From: Eledone cirrhosa
Lineage: Eukaryota
Direction of reading: 5' to 3'
Length of the DNA: 64,000 bases
NCBI GenBank assembly: GCA_964016885.1
Contig: OZ024743.1
Span: forward strand, 296,174,001-296,238,000
A program made the position numbers and the translations under genes. Below, piece after piece: positions 13,834 to 29,599 of the stretch; position 1 is the first letter of the stretch; each line of letters begins with the position of its first letter. The notes under the pieces are model-generated. The model saw nothing but the letters and a program-made list of their open reading frames with translations, was not told the DNA's origin and ran no database searches.

Positions 13834-14442
13834 GTGGTCTCACCCATACCACGCAATTCCGTAATCTACTCAAGTCTAATGCCCAAGCGACTGATTAACG
13901 GAATTAGAGACCCCAGACCCAATAGACAGACACCCACTAGAAACTTAGATAAAAGCAGGTGCTTCTTTAAAATCCCTCACCTGAGTGAATATACCACGAA
14001 CGCCATCCGCAGGGTCATACGGAGGGAGGGACTTGACATACATTTGGCCCACACAGGACCTTCGCTCCGAAGATGCCTCTCCACCAAACCCGACGAGTCA
14101 GATAGGACGTGTTCCCTCAGCAACTGCCCGATACGGGGGGCAGATTGCCTACGCACCTATGTCGTATATAAGATTCAATGCGATAAATGTAACAAGTTTT
14201 ACATAGGTAGCACCATCCGACCCCTACATGTTCGTATCAAGGAACATGTCAACACCAACGCATCTTCCTTCCGTAAACACATCCTTAAATGCGGAAACCT
14301 ACAGGGTAGACCCTTGGTCATAGTCCTAGCGACTGAACGCAGCATCAGATCCTTAAGGATAAAGGAAGCACTTGTTATTAAGAACCTCAGACGCCCACTT
14401 AACAACCGGGCTGAGAGAAATGAGCTGACATGGCTAATTTAA
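13834..14442 (+). pseudogene. PLE RT thumb/linker + GIY-YIG endonuclease (C-terminal part)
   Basis: CSLSNCPIRGADC linker; VVYKIQCDKCNKFYIGSTIRPLHVRIKEH; RIKEALVIK...LN. Confidence 0.9.
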
Positions 14443-14878
14443 CCATAGTGACCAGTAACAGCCCCTACGGCCTATTATATTTCATATACACGCACTTATA
14501 TGTATACCCATACACATACACACACACACACATCTATATTTATACACGCACACATGTTTATACAACCTACCACCTTTCACACGCTTCCACGGCCCACTAT
14601 CTTTCACACACACACACACTCACATACATACACACATACACATATACACACACAGTTACACACACATATATATTTACACACACATATTTTACGGCTTTCA
14701 CACGCTAGCGCACCCTATTGATTTAACCCAATTGGTCAGTAGCTTTTGCCACAGCCTATCACGCGCACGCGCATTCTTTCCCCCGTTTGAATTTTCCCCA
14801 TAACGGCATTCCTATGTTTTAACGACAATACAACATTCTCAGGCTTAGCCTGGTCCCCCCCCCCCCTTTTTGGAACTT

Positions 14879-14914
14879 TCCCCCGTTGATGGGCGTGAGC
14901 CCGAAATATTGGGA
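14879..14914 (+). ncRNA. Degenerate minimal HHR; inverted copy near 13677-13712
   Basis: TCCC-CCGTTGA-T-GGGC GTGA GCCC-GAAA-TA-TT-GGGA; core differs from CTGATGA at two positions. Confidence 0.5.
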
Positions 14915-15118
14915 TTAAATCTCCACTACGGTAACCCTTCTACCTTTGTTTTGTTTTCCTTTTTCGTTTCTCTCAATTTTCACTTTTCTCCTATTTCTCA
15001 CTCACTTTTTACCTCGAGATTTCCCATCTGCATTGTTGTGGCTTTCTAAACTACATATTTTATATATGTAGTTACGGACTTTATTATTCATTCTTTATAT
15101 ATATATATATATATATAT

Positions 15119-15498
15119 ATAAAGAATGAATAATAACAGGTAGACATCATAAAAAGGTAATTTATTCTGAGTGCTTACAAATGTTTCCACGGTGGTTATA
15201 CAACCATTCTGCTCTGATAATTGATAATTGAGTTTTGCAAATAGTTATACATTTGCACATAGCATAACTAGGCTGTATAACCACCGTGGAAACATTTGTA
15301 AGCACACAGAATAAATTACCTTTTTATGATGTCTACCTGTTATTATTCATTCTTTATCTACACTCCGGAATACAGAAGGATCAGGAACTAAGTTTCTTCA
15401 ACAATTCTTCCATAACTCGTTGAGTAACCTCTCACCGTACGTCAACTCTATCCAGTGTAGTAATTAACCATTACTGCATCCAGGATAATCCTATACCT

Positions 15499-15505
<7 letters not shown>
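15119..15505 (+). mobile_element. Fold-back PLE 3' terminus in (TA)n
   Basis: ~15119-15202 inverted against ~15275-15357; contains an HHR 3' half (GAAACATTTGTA) followed by AATAAA. Confidence 0.65.
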
Positions 15506-15554
<49 letters not shown>

Positions 15555-15715
15555 AAGCAAATTATAAACGTAAACATGTACGTATGTTTTTGAAACGGTG
15601 CGCGAGATTGAAATTAGAAATTAGAAATTATAAGCTTTCACCGTATTTTAGACTAAAGAAATTTCTAGCCTGATAGTGGGGTTTATAACCCTCGGAGAAA
15701 TAGAAAAAGATGAGT

Positions 15716-15785
15716 GTTGCCGTACATGGGAGTCGAACCCACATCTTTGGTTATCCAGACCATTGTGCTACCATTACACCAATAC
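15716..15785 (-). other. tRNA-like (Pol III A/B box) sequence between ~100-bp direct repeats
   Basis: Minus strand TGGTGTAATGGTAGCAC...GGGTTCGACTCCC; 15550-15650 is duplicated at ~15839-15940. Confidence 0.55.
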
Positions 15786-15939
15786 ACATCCCATCTCCTT
15801 CCATTCGAATTAGAAGCTATGAACTTAGCAAGTGAATGATAAACAAGCAAATTATAAACGTAAACATGTAAGTATGTTTTTGAAACGGTGCGCGAGTTTG
15901 AAATTAGAAATTAGAAATTATAAGCTTTCACCGTATTTT

Positions 15940-16054
<115 letters not shown>

Positions 16055-16140
16055 CAGGGATAAAGAGACGATTATTAGGAAGAAAAAAATATATATATAT
16101 ATACATATACATGCATATATGCATATATATATATATATAT

Positions 16141-16261
<121 letters not shown>

Positions 16262-16399
16262 GAGAGGGAGAGAGAGAGACATTTATATATACATATCTAT
16301 GTGTGTGTATGCAAAATGTAAACGTAATGGAAATAACAAAGCGAACACAGTGCAATGAAGAAATATATTAATTTAACACTTGATGTAGAAGGAGAATAG

Positions 16400-16435
16400 T
16401 CTTTATGTTTCTGACACTAGTCCTTCATTAGAAGA
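16400..16435 (-). ncRNA. Degenerate minimal HHR
   Basis: TCTT-CTAATGA-AG-GAC TAGT GTC-A-GAAA-CA-TA-AAGA (G5 changed to A). Confidence 0.45.
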
Positions 16436-16515
16436 TAGGATGAGAAAAAAGAATAAAATTCAGTGATAGATACTGAGAAGAAGAAACGGAACAAAAACAT
16501 TTATTTTTAATTCTG

Positions 16516-18650
16516 ATATAAGTATTTCAAAGACGTCAAAGTGATTGCATAATAACCCTTTGACGTGTTCGGTCACTTCGACTTTATCAGCCCAAGTTAC
16601 GGAGTTTTTGGATTATACATCCTCCACCTAATTAAACGGAGGATACCGGAACTGAACGGAAGTTTGTACCACGTCGACACCATTTTTTACCTTAGTTAAC
16701 CACAATAACAATGCTCTGAATAGGAAAAAAAATAATCATCAATTGTGTTGGTAATTATGATGTTGAAATAGAATTAGGAACTAATAGTAAAATAATCCAT
16801 TTCCTCGACATAACCCTACGCCTCAATTCTAGCCTCTATTACCCATACGATAAATTAAACGAAAATCTTAGTTACGATAGCTACTCCTGCAACCACCCTA
16901 GTGCTTTAACGAGGGCCGTAGTCAATAGTGTAATACAGAGGATATCCAAGCTTTCAGCAAATAGGGATATCTTCAGTGGCAAGGCTAGTTTCTCCAATGA
17001 CGCACTAGTTGGATACAAGGATAACATAGAATACATAGGAAGTGATAAAGTTAATAACATCCATACAAAAACATAAATAACTGATAGTACAAATACTAGT
17101 AGGGACATACTAACTGAAAATAAACCCATAAATACCCAGCATAAACATAGTAGAGATAGAACCAACTTAGCAAGCCCCATGTATAGAATTACATCTACCA
17201 CGAGCTTAACCGGGGGCGGAATACAGATAAACAAACCCATAGACACAATAACCCCATTGCAACTATTTACAACACAAAATATAACACACCCTCTACAACT
17301 CTTAGCGCATACCCTGAGGGAACCCCTCACAAACTATGTTGAACTCAATGAAACTGGGCCACAACGGAACAAGATCCGAACCCGTTCTGTCCAATGATAT
17401 AACCCACCCCACTCCTCGGTGCTAAAAACTACTATCACTCTACATTTGTTTGAATCACATAGATACAACAATGTATTTGATAGACATACGGTTAAGCTAT
17501 CGTTCTCTACCACCAAAACCCTAGCTCAAAATACAGCCAGGATTAATAATACAGTTGAAAGATTAAACATAGCGCAAAGCCACACATTACAGCACATAAC
17601 CCAGAACATTATGGAAACAAAGTAAGGACACATAATAATAGAGAGAATACTCCTGTAATCCGCAGCAGGTAGTCGACTATCCAGATAGATATAACCATAA
17701 CACAACACGTGATATTAACATCAATTGTAACTGTAGAATTCCAGCCAACTGCTCTATGAAGAATAAATGCCTCAATAGAAATATAGTATACGTATTATAC
17801 GTATGTAGAGTTACCACTAGGGATTGAACGTATAAGTACATCGGCACAACAGCGACCAGTTTTAAGGATATATGATACAATCATCGTCACTCCCTTAACC
17901 GGATCGATAAGAGACGTAGCACGATACTATCCGAGCTTCTATGGAGGCTGAAGCAGAACCGTGTACAATACTCTCTGTCCTGGTACAGGTTCGCTACAGC
18001 GTTTCCATATGTATGTGGATCTCTTTCTTGTGGTTGCGATTTTTGTACCACTGAAACTCTATACATTATTAATACGAGACAGCAGTTAATTAACAAAGGC
18101 TCTGGCTTCTTTAATACTTGTAGGCTTAAAATATCTAAAACTTGCCTTAGATTATATAGTCATCATATTCCTTAGACATTAACCTCCACCCAAACTTTAA
18201 CATATTCACTAAATCTAAAAATGTTCGGTCCTTGAATATGAATACGACACCACCAGAAGATAAAATAAATAAATAAGTAAATTATTCAGACTTATTCTTT
18301 AACATATATAAAACAGAGCGATGGACCTTCTTGGTAATTTCGTACCTTAGTCTACAGATCATCCCAAGAATTTTAGCAATGGTGGTATCTCCCACACCCT
18401 GCATGCCTACAGAAACAGTTATGTACATCTTATGCTTACTGACGTAGGCATAAGATGTACATAACTAGCCACCACGTTCCTAACTATAGAAGCATATCAA
18501 AAACAAAAATATTAAAACTTTACAACTGTCTGATGAGAACACGCCAACGGGTTATCATGCAACATTTAGACGTCTTTGAAATACGTATAACTGGATTATA
18601 CAATAAACAGAGGATGTACATTTAAAACCGTCTCTCTTTATAATATTGAC
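16516..18650 (+). mobile_element. Decayed PLE (Hydra-clade-like) RT end + GIY-YIG with an inverted tail fragment
   Basis: Across frames: IHFLDITL...NHP; YNPP; RHTVKLSFSTT; CNCRIPANCSMKNKCL..IVY; YIGTTATSFK..YNH; CDFC; LINK. 16516-16575 is an inverted copy of ~18530-18590. Confidence 0.8.
18525..18594 (+). ncRNA. Hammerhead ribozyme motif at PLE tail
   Basis: CTGATGA...GAAA-TACGTA-TA, AATAAA 7 nt after the motif; stems I/II imperfect. Confidence 0.6.
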
Positions 18651-18676
18651 ACTCCGTTTGGTACGTTATTAATAAT

Positions 18677-18858
18677 TGTTTCTACATTTGGCACAAGGCC
18701 AGCAATTACTCAGTACGTTACTGGTACTTTATTTTATCGACCCCGTAAGGATGAAAGGCAAAGTTAACCTCAGCAGGATTTGAACTCAGATCGTAAGGGG
18801 ACGTAACTATGCTAGAAAGCATGTCCGAACCTCTACCGATCCTGCCAATTCACCGCCA
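18677..18858 (-). mobile_element. tRNA-derived SINE with 18-bp TSD
   Basis: Near-identical to 324-506; TGGTACGTTATTAATAAT at 18659-18676 and 18859-18876. Confidence 0.9.
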
Positions 18859-18975
18859 TGGTACGTTATTAATAATACTTTAATAACACACGTCGTTTAC
18901 GACTACAGTCGGTATATTATTTGATCAACAAACGTTCCTGTACTTGAATAATACAAGTACATATAAATATGTATT

Positions 18976-19099
<124 letters not shown>

Positions 19100-19131
19100 T
19101 GTGTATTTGTGTGTACATATATATATATATA

Positions 19132-20556
<1,425 letters not shown>

Positions 20557-20800
20557 CATTTTTCTTCAAACTTCTATTTTGTACCTAATTCCGTGTAGTT
20601 AACTATTTGTCTAGTCAATTTCTACAGGATAGAGGAAATAATTAGATAAATGTCGTAATCTATATCATTTGTCTATTATTTCTTCACAGGTATATTTTAA
20701 ACTTATAGCCTCGCTTAAATGAGTTTTTATGTGGTTAATTTATACTGATTGGGAGAGGAAATACTGTATATATTTTATCTAATGATTCTTTGGACTTACT

Positions 20801-20853
<53 letters not shown>

Positions 20854-21171
20854 TACACAGTTGAGAGAAAAGAGGACTCAATACTGAAGAAGAGATTTAA
20901 TATTCATTTTATTAAGGCTAAATAGTGAGTCTTGCAACTCTGGAGTTTTACCTGCTTATCACAGGATCATTATGTGATAAACAGGCGAAACTCCAGAATA
21001 ACAATACTCCTTATTTAGCTCTGAAATAGCGATGTATACATGAATGTATGTATAGTATATTTGGCAATATACCATATGTTTAATTAAAAACATTTAGAAG
21101 ACCATACGCTCTCAGTTTTAAAGTAGTGACTATGTCACTTACTTCTTTTCGGTGGCAATAGAAGGGAGATA

Positions 21172-21213
21172 AGCTGACAGTCTGTTTCACGCTGCTTGGC
21201 GTTCATCAGAGCC
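21172..21213 (-). ncRNA. Minimal hammerhead ribozyme
   Basis: GGCT-CTGATGA-ACGC CAAGCA GCGT-GAAA-CAGACTG-TC-AGCT. Confidence 0.8.
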
Positions 21214-21286
21214 ACGTACTCTCCTGCATTCGCCGAAAATTATAGAAGCTGGATTCTTTTAGAATTCCAGTAATAATCAGGAGCTG

Positions 21287-21327
<41 letters not shown>

Positions 21328-21393
21328 CGTGTGTGTGTATGTGTGCGTGTGTGTGCATGTATATATATATATATAAATATATATATATATGTG

Positions 21394-21456
<63 letters not shown>

Positions 21457-21464
21457 ACATATAT

Positions 21465-21528
<64 letters not shown>

Positions 21529-21547
21529 GTAAACACACACACTTTCC

Positions 21548-21586
<39 letters not shown>

Positions 21587-21755
21587 GAGGGAAAGTGAGA
21601 GAGAAATGTAAATATATGTTTATATATATACTACACTCTGTCTAGCTATACACCTCGATACAGAAGTGAACAGAAACCTCGAGTGGTCACCCGCGTGAAC
21701 TTACAGTAACTCCGCGTTACACTCACTGGATTTATATATATATATATATGTATAT

Positions 21756-22137
21756 AGAAAAAAAGATGAAATCGAAAATGCAACTGGAGTCTTATTCTTT
21801 TTTTAAATATATATATTTATTTGTTTCCTTTACCGGTTTCGAAGTTCTTCTGCTTTTCAAAAGTAGAGTTGAGATGGAGGGTCTGTGGTTTTTCTCACAT
21901 CTGATGTGAGAAAACCACAGATGTGAGAAAAACCACAGACCCTCCATCTCAACTCTACTTTTGAAAAGCAGAAGAACTGCGAAACCGGTAAAGGAACCAA
22001 ATAAAAATATATATATTTAAAAAAAAAAAATAAGACTCCAGTTGCATTTTCGATTTCATCTTTTTTTCTTTATACTGTCACTCGTGTAGGACACCTCGGT
22101 TATTTTTCATTTTGTAAAAAAAACCTCACTTTCTAAT
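21756..22137 (+). mobile_element. Fold-back 3' terminus of the Neptune-like family at 37821-42230; HHR at 21957-21994 plus inverted copy
   Basis: 21918-22137 matches 42015-42230; 21756-21903 is its reverse complement. Confidence 0.9.
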
Positions 22138-22139
22138 AT

Positions 22140-23070
22140 ATAAAATTTCAAGTTATCAATAATGTAGTGTATATCGTCACGTTAGAGATGAACAGTGTAC
22201 GTGTAGGTTTGCTCAACGAGTATAAATTATATTCCGGAGAAAATGTAGAAAAGATGAATATAAAATGAAAGTGCTTTTATAAAGGAATTTATTAGGCATT
22301 GACATATGTTTCTGTAACAGACGGAATACCTATGTATCGCTGCTTGCGTAATCATATAATGTTAGCAAGTATTCGATAGCAAATGTATAATCAGTTGTCA
22401 CTTCTTCAGAGATATTGGATAAATTGGAAAAAATCAGAAAAGTTAAAGTATTTATATTAGTTGTAAGAAAGGAAGAAGAGAAGGGATAGTATACGACAGA
22501 TGGCAATTCAAATATATAGGTTTTTAATGAGAATACAATGAGTATATGGCTTATTTTATCTAAATAAGAATTTTTGGGAGTGCTTATTTTAATCTATATT
22601 TGACCAATTGAACAATGGACAGGGCTGGTCGTTTAGTGTAGTAGTATTAATACAGATATAAAGTGTCAAGTAAGGAAGAGAGAGATTTTCACTGTTACTG
22701 TATAACAACAATGCTGGTAGCGTGCTGGTATATGCATTAGGGAATTAAATTAAGAAATCTCATTTTATCTATAGCAGTTTATATTAAATGGTAAAGAATA
22801 GAAGAGTTGATAGAATTAAGATTAATAGAGAATGTTAATATGTATTTTAACAATCAAACGGAGATGGAGACAGGCGTTCAATCCTGGTAGCGTTTGTAAT
22901 ATGAAAATGTAGATTTCAAGCGATGGTTACAGTATAACGATCGCTCTATTCTGTTATTTAATAAAATATTTTTGGATTTCATAATACAAAATATTTCCAT
23001 ATTACACAATTTACAAAATTCCTGTCCTTGGAAATATGCAGGGGCAGAAGTATTATATCCCATTTTAGGT
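22140..23070 (-). mobile_element. 5'-truncated Hydra-clade-like PLE (EN C-terminus + 3' UTR with degenerate HHR at ~22296-22412)
   Basis: WDII..PAY..GQEFCKLCNMEIFCIMKSKNILLNNRIE...CNHR; minus strand CTGAAGA...GAAACATATGTC...AATAAA. Confidence 0.75.
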
Positions 23071-24740
23071 TAAACTGCCGTAGCGCAGTAAATCGTTTCG
23101 ACTTCCGGCACCGTTCCAAACGGAATAACATTTCACGGGACGAACTCCTCACTCTCCGCTCCCTCCGTAGCCGAGATGACATCGTCATCAAACCAGCGGA
23201 CAAGGGAGGCGCCGTGGTGGTGTGGCGCGCTGACCTCTACACGGCTGAAGCCCTCAGGCAGCTCCGTAACCCCCTCTTCTACCGCCCCCTACCCTCTGAC
23301 CCCACACCCCTCTACCAACAACAAGTTTCCTCGACCATCAAACACCTTGTCTCCTCCTCCCTGCTCCCTCCCACCGCTTCCCACCTCATCATCCGCACCC
23401 TCCGCACACCTACTATCTACTTTCTCCCCAAACTCCACAAACCCGACAACTCCGGCCGCCCCATTGTCTCTGCTTGCAACTGCCCCACCGAACTCATCTC
23501 CGCCTTTCTTTACTCCATCCCCCCCTCGTCACTACCCTCCCCTCTCACATCTCCGACACCACCCACTCCATACACCCAACCACCACTAACCCCCACTTAC
23601 CCCCACATGTAATACTAACACCCACTAACACTCCCTTTACCACACACACACACACAAACCAGTACACTACACTCCCCTCTCCGTCCCAAACACCTCTTCT
23701 CTCCCTCTCCCTCTCCCTCTCTCTCTCTCTCCTCTCTCCACCTACACCCCTTCACACACACACATCCCACTAACACCTCTACTAATATACACCCCATCGC
23801 CCCACTTCACCACCTTCCCCCTCCACCTTCACACCTATCCATCCTTCCCCCTATCCACCGCACCTCCGCACACACAGACACACACACAGTCCTCACCACA
23901 CTGACCTTAGTTCACCTGTCATCCTGCACTACTGCTATCTCTTCACCCTGCCTTGACCCTCTGACCACTTCCTGTTGCGCGCGCACCCCATTTCGCTCCA
24001 CTTCCGACCACCACCAACATTGGATTCTACACTACCGGGCATCTCTCCAGCCATCCACTCCATAACATGGAAAATATCCAGCCCTTCTTCGCAAACTCGA
24101 CGGAACTTCCTCAGGAACTTACCCACGAACATACACTCACATTTTTTTCGCACCACGCCACCTACATCCACACCACGTATAAACACAAACACACACGTGC
24201 GTACCCCCACATATACACACTCAACCTCCGGAATCCACACTCCCCTCCTCCACCCCCTGACCCCTCTCCTTCCACACGCACGCACACACCGACTTACACC
24301 TTTTCCTGAACATGGAACCTCGTTCTTCCTCCAACTCACACATTCACATACACACGCGCACACACACACGTACACCTCCACACATACACAAACACCTCCT
24401 TCAGCCTTCCCCGCTTCGACCCCCCCCCCCCCCCCGCCTCCCTCTCCCAACTCCACCCGCCCCACCCTTACATGCCTCACAACCTTCCACCACTTGTTCA
24501 TTTTATTGTTTATTCTTCTATTTATTTTTACGTTTATTTTTATTTTTATTTGTTCTCCTTCCCCCTTTTTCTAAATATATTTCCACCCCTCCTCCACACA
24601 CCCTCGGAACTCTCTTCCTAACCTATTTTCTCCTGAAGAAGGGCTTATGTCTGAAACGAAACGTCGTTACCCACTCTCAAGAGCGTGAACCTAATAAACC
24701 TTTATTTGTCTTCTCTCTGTTTTGTTCCCGTCCAAATTTG

Positions 24741-24745
<5 letters not shown>
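23071..24745 (+). mobile_element. Internally deleted PLE (Neptune-like RT N-terminus joined to a CA-rich 3' region and HHR tail)
   Basis: NIS..ELLTLRSLRSRDDIVIKPADKGGAVVVW...YFLPKLHKPDNSGRPIVSACNCPTELIS; RT breaks off ~23520; tail CTGAAGAAGGGC..GTCTGAAACG (24633-24667), AATAAA, then (TA)n. Confidence 0.8.
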
Positions 24746-24808
<63 letters not shown>

Positions 24809-25036
24809 ATAATAATAAATTTGAAGACTAAAATCCGAAGAGGGTTCGATAAGGATAAATATATATTAGATATATAAGAACCGTAGAGCAAATATTTATT
24901 AACATAACAGATTAAATTTTAAGCAAAGAATCTCTCCTTAACGGGATCTTCTGAAACTAAAAAAGTCAATCTGTGAACGCAGAAGTAAATATTTCAAAAA
25001 ACGTTGCAACCGAAGGAAGAGAGGAAGACGATACTT

Positions 25037-25310
25037 TGGTTCGTGGAAACGTTCCCTGGCAAAGAACGGAAAAAAACGAAGATAATACAATTACACGCAA
25101 AGACAAAACCTTTATGGTATAAATGAAGTTTATGGTATAAATGAAGTTGTAGACTAATATTCTATTAGGTGGTTCGTGGAGACGTTATGTGGCAATGAAC
25201 GGAAAAAACGAAGATAATACGTCATTATGTGTTGCGTGAGAACAATTACACGCAAAGACAAAACCACGTAAATGGTATAACTGAAGTCGTAGACTAAAAT
25301 TCTATTTAGG
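25037..25310. repeat. Imperfect tandem duplication (~135-bp unit)
   Basis: TGGTTCGTGGA.ACGTT...GAACGGAAAAAA.CGAAGATAATAC...CAATTACACGCAAAGACAAAACC...GTAGACTAA.ATTCTATT occurs twice. Confidence 0.75.
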
Positions 25311-25444
25311 AAACCGAATGATTCTCGGCTTCAGAGTTAAGAATATAGTAAATAAAATACAGAGGTAATTGAAATTAAATATATACATACACGCATCCAA
25401 ATACGTACATACACAAGCATACGCGAAAACACTCGTCATGGGTA

Positions 25445-25773
<329 letters not shown>

Positions 25774-27129
25774 TATATATATATATATATATACATATAT
25801 ACATATATATATATATATATGCAGGCTGATTCCCGATGTATATCCTGATAAGACCACAGTTAAAATAAGGTACTCAATACGTTAGTAGAGCTTAGGCATG
25901 TTTATTTTATTATAGAAATGACTTTTATAAGACTCTAACGAATGAAATAATTCTACTCTTATTAAAGTCATAACTATAATAAAACATATAAATACATGTG
26001 CGTGTGTGTTTATGAACATATATATGTATATATGTGCTTGGAAGAGAAGTCCATTGAAGCCATGTTCAGTATATTACTGCTATGTATATATGGATTCTAT
26101 GGATAGATAGAAATAAATTATCGAGCTCATCGCTACTTGATCTCTTATGTTTTTGTACGACACTATTTCCAATTCTGCCAACCACTTTCAGTTGCATGAC
26201 GAGTAATGGCAATATGTTTATTCATCGTATAACAGGCGTTGTTAATGATGATGATATGATGGTTGTTGGTGGAAGTGGTGGTTGTGGTGGTAAGGATGTT
26301 CGCATTGGTGCTGACGCTAGTTTATAATCTAATATCTTCCAATGCCAGTGCAACAGAGCTGAAGTTACCTGGCAGGTAATAGGGAAATATTGGAATACGT
26401 TGAGATCTCCAGGTATATAAACATGACGTTTAGAAAATTCTAAATGCTACACTATATTCCATAACTCATCAATGAATCAGAGAGGAATCCTCTAAGGTCT
26501 TGCTTGATCTGCTAGAAATAGCCGCTGAATATCTATCAAACCACACTCCACAATCATAGACTATCACAGCTGGGATGTCTTCGGTTATAGAGCTGCCCTT
26601 ATGGGCTGAAATGGTTCTAAACAACAACAGCATAACTTATTCCTTTGTTGCTGTATAATACATTATTACACATCGATACGAAAATGGATCCACTTGATCG
26701 CCCATCTGTTTAGACGCCATACTGTCTAAAGAATAGGAAATATACATTACTTACTTGTAATTGTATCGGCGTTTACCCAGGATGAATTGGGTTGAGCCAG
26801 CTCTAACCAGAGCAACTTCAACCATGCAAACACAGGCTGTGCATGCCTGCTTATCACAGATGTTCCGCAAAAATATTTGTTAGCCAAATATGCAAGGAAC
26901 AAACATTAATTCAAGATGCGACTTGATCGTATTAAACAACATGTGAGCGATGGGGAGCGTGGGCAAATCAACGGAGGTTCCTTTTGAGTAGGAGTTGGTA
27001 GGAATCAATCCCACAACGATGCCGAATTTCGGAGCTTGGTACAATACCCAATACCTGAGCATAGAGTATTTTTCGGAAGCTAAAGTGACCAACACCTCCT
27101 AGATTGTGTAAATTCACCATTCTTATAGA

Positions 27130-27460
27130 CCCTGTCTTGCAAGTTTAGAATAGGATGATGTGGACGAGCGCTCCATAGACAGGTATTTTTGTGGTCAGGG
27201 AGATTTATAACCTACAATATAGTCCATCTAAAAACGATAGAATGTAGCGTATGCACCGTTGATGCAGATTTCTCTCTAGTCTTTATCTTGTCTTGTGTCG
27301 GTGAAGGTAATGGCGAGATACTTGAATTTATCAATGTTTTTTCAGTATCTCGCCGTTGAGTATGATGGGGATCCTTTCAGAAGACGAGGAGCCAGTGGAT
27401 TGTATTTCTGTCCTGGTTACAATGGTTTTCATGTCAGAGCGTGATATGCATTTAGTTACT
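27130..27460 (-). pseudogene. Decayed RTE-clade RT C-terminal fragment
   Basis: IPIILNGEILK..IDKFKYL and ISLTTKIPVYGALV.IIL...CKTG resemble RTE 'ISL.TK..Y..LV..ILLYGCETW'. Confidence 0.55.
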
Positions 27461-28714
27461 AATTGGGTGTTGCCAAGTGTCCCGAGGTTTTCGGAATAGT
27501 CAGTGACACTTAAGTCTCGTCTCACAGCAACACCTGTGAAATCTCTCTAAGGCATGTTCTGCAATCCAAACAATGGCATAACTAAAAAGTATTAGTGACT
27601 AAATCCAGCCTGTCGGACACTTAACTGAATTTTAAAAAAGTCAGATTTCTTACTGTAATAGCGAACCTTTGTTAGTGTAGAGCTGTAGTGCGCTGTTATC
27701 AGGCTCAGAGACCTTACAGGATATCCATCTGTGATCTCTGTAAACATAGCCCTGAGAAAACCACATTGAATGGACCCATCAGATCGATTTTCTCTTTGTA
27801 TGATCTTGCTGGGCCACATGCGTACTTGACTATCAATCTGATCTTAGTACTTAAGCAATCAGTGAGAATGGCTTAGATAATACTTTGGTAAACGCAATAT
27901 TCGGATTTGTTTACCTGAAATGCAGCGACAACCGCGACACATTTCCGGCTATAACTACGTAACCGTCTCCAGCAATAGTTTTGGATATGAAAGAGAATGT
28001 AAGGTGCTATAAACATTCAAACTGCTAGCCTAATAAACTCCATTATGTTCCTTCTCCATTACAGTACGGCTACTAAAACAAATTGAACCAACGATCGTAA
28101 AATATTGCACGAAGACTTTACACCATCATATTTTATTTATTTCCACAGAAGAAATACTTTACAGGAGTATCAACAAAAGCAGCTGTAATTACAGCAGAAT
28201 TGTGTGGACTTAATTCTAGCGATGAGTGTTCCAATTATTCGAACAACGTATCAGTCTGTTAGTTAAATTAACGTTTAAGTTACTGGGCACTTTCACCCTT
28301 AAAGTAATTACCAGGGAGATTCTGCGTTGCACAATGTGACAAAGCTGGTCATTTGAATTACAGGTACAATCCATCGTAACGGCTTTGAAACAGTTTCCAA
28401 ACAAGAAAACTCTTTACAAAAGTGACAGCAAAACTAACAACAACAATAACAACATCAATAATAACACCGACAATAGCTCCTGCTTCAATAAGAAAATATA
28501 AAAAGCCATGAAAGATGTAATTGTGTTGCTTAGATGTTTTAGTAGCTGCGAAGACGTTTTATATTACCATAGTCATTTTCCAAGATATATATTTATGGTG
28601 ATTTTATTTCAAAATTGCAGAAAAACTTTGCTTACACAAAGGCAAAAAAATACTTTAAAATTTCGGTGTTATTTCATTTTTTATCTATTTGTATATTGTT
28701 TATATTATCATATG

Positions 28715-28832
<118 letters not shown>

Positions 28833-29599
28833 TGCGTGCGTGCGTGTGCGTGTGTGTGTGTGTACGTTTTACATATAGTTCTATTTAATAACAGTTTGCA
28901 ATTTCAATTTCTTTTAATAACAATTGTTCTTTCACCCATCACACACACACTCTCACACTATCCCTCTCTCATTTTCTCTTTTTCACTGTTTGATTGTGTC
29001 TCTCTATCACTATCTCTGTCTCCTTGTCTCTCTCTGTTTCTCTCTCTATTAGATACTTTTATCTTCATCTGTATGTAGTTTGAATTGTTGCAGTGTAGTT
29101 TATTCATTTCCTTTGCCTGTATTTAACACACACTCACGCTGTTTGACAAGATGTGATCTGCGTCTTAATATATGTTCACATCACCTGTATCTTGTGCCAC
29201 TAATGCCGTTGGGTGACCATAAATGCAATGTGGTATCATTTCCCTGATCTATATATCAGTATCTAGGTGAGCCACTGTTTATGCATTTGCTATGTATTGA
29301 ATTTGTGCAATTGTAGTTCTAATATTCACCGTGATACTGAATTCCTTCTTAACATTGTTTGAAAAGTCCACCAAAATGACGTTAAAAATTGATAACCCTA
29401 TCGTAATCCTCATTTCAGCAACACAGCACTTAGCCGAGGAATTGTCAGTAGCTTCAGAACGTGACGCAATATGGCATACTGCATGTGCTAATATTAGTAG
29501 TAGTGTTATAGAGAAATCATACAGAAAATAAAGAAGTCGATCATGAGATCTAACCATTGGTCCTTCTCCTACTGATACTATCTCTCAGTCTCAATATCT

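Larger units (their letters stand above)
13529..15062 (+). mobile_element. 5'-truncated PLE (possibly Nematis-like) with inverted 3'-UTR copy at its 5' end
   Basis: 13529-13820 is the reverse complement of ~14765-15062; GIY-YIG ORF between them; (TA)n nearby on both sides. Confidence 0.85.

Noticed and set aside
15716-15785. Functional tRNA gene (also 50945-51016)
   Set aside because: A and B boxes are present but I could not build a clean cloverleaf; treated as SINE-head-like.
23975-24574. 199-aa Pro/Thr/His-rich ORF
   Set aside because: Low-complexity C/A-rich region inside a deleted PLE; no recognisable domain.
24833-24905. Further HHR candidate (CCGAAGA-GGGTTC...GAACC)
   Set aside because: GAAA is missing and the 3' half is too degraded to call.
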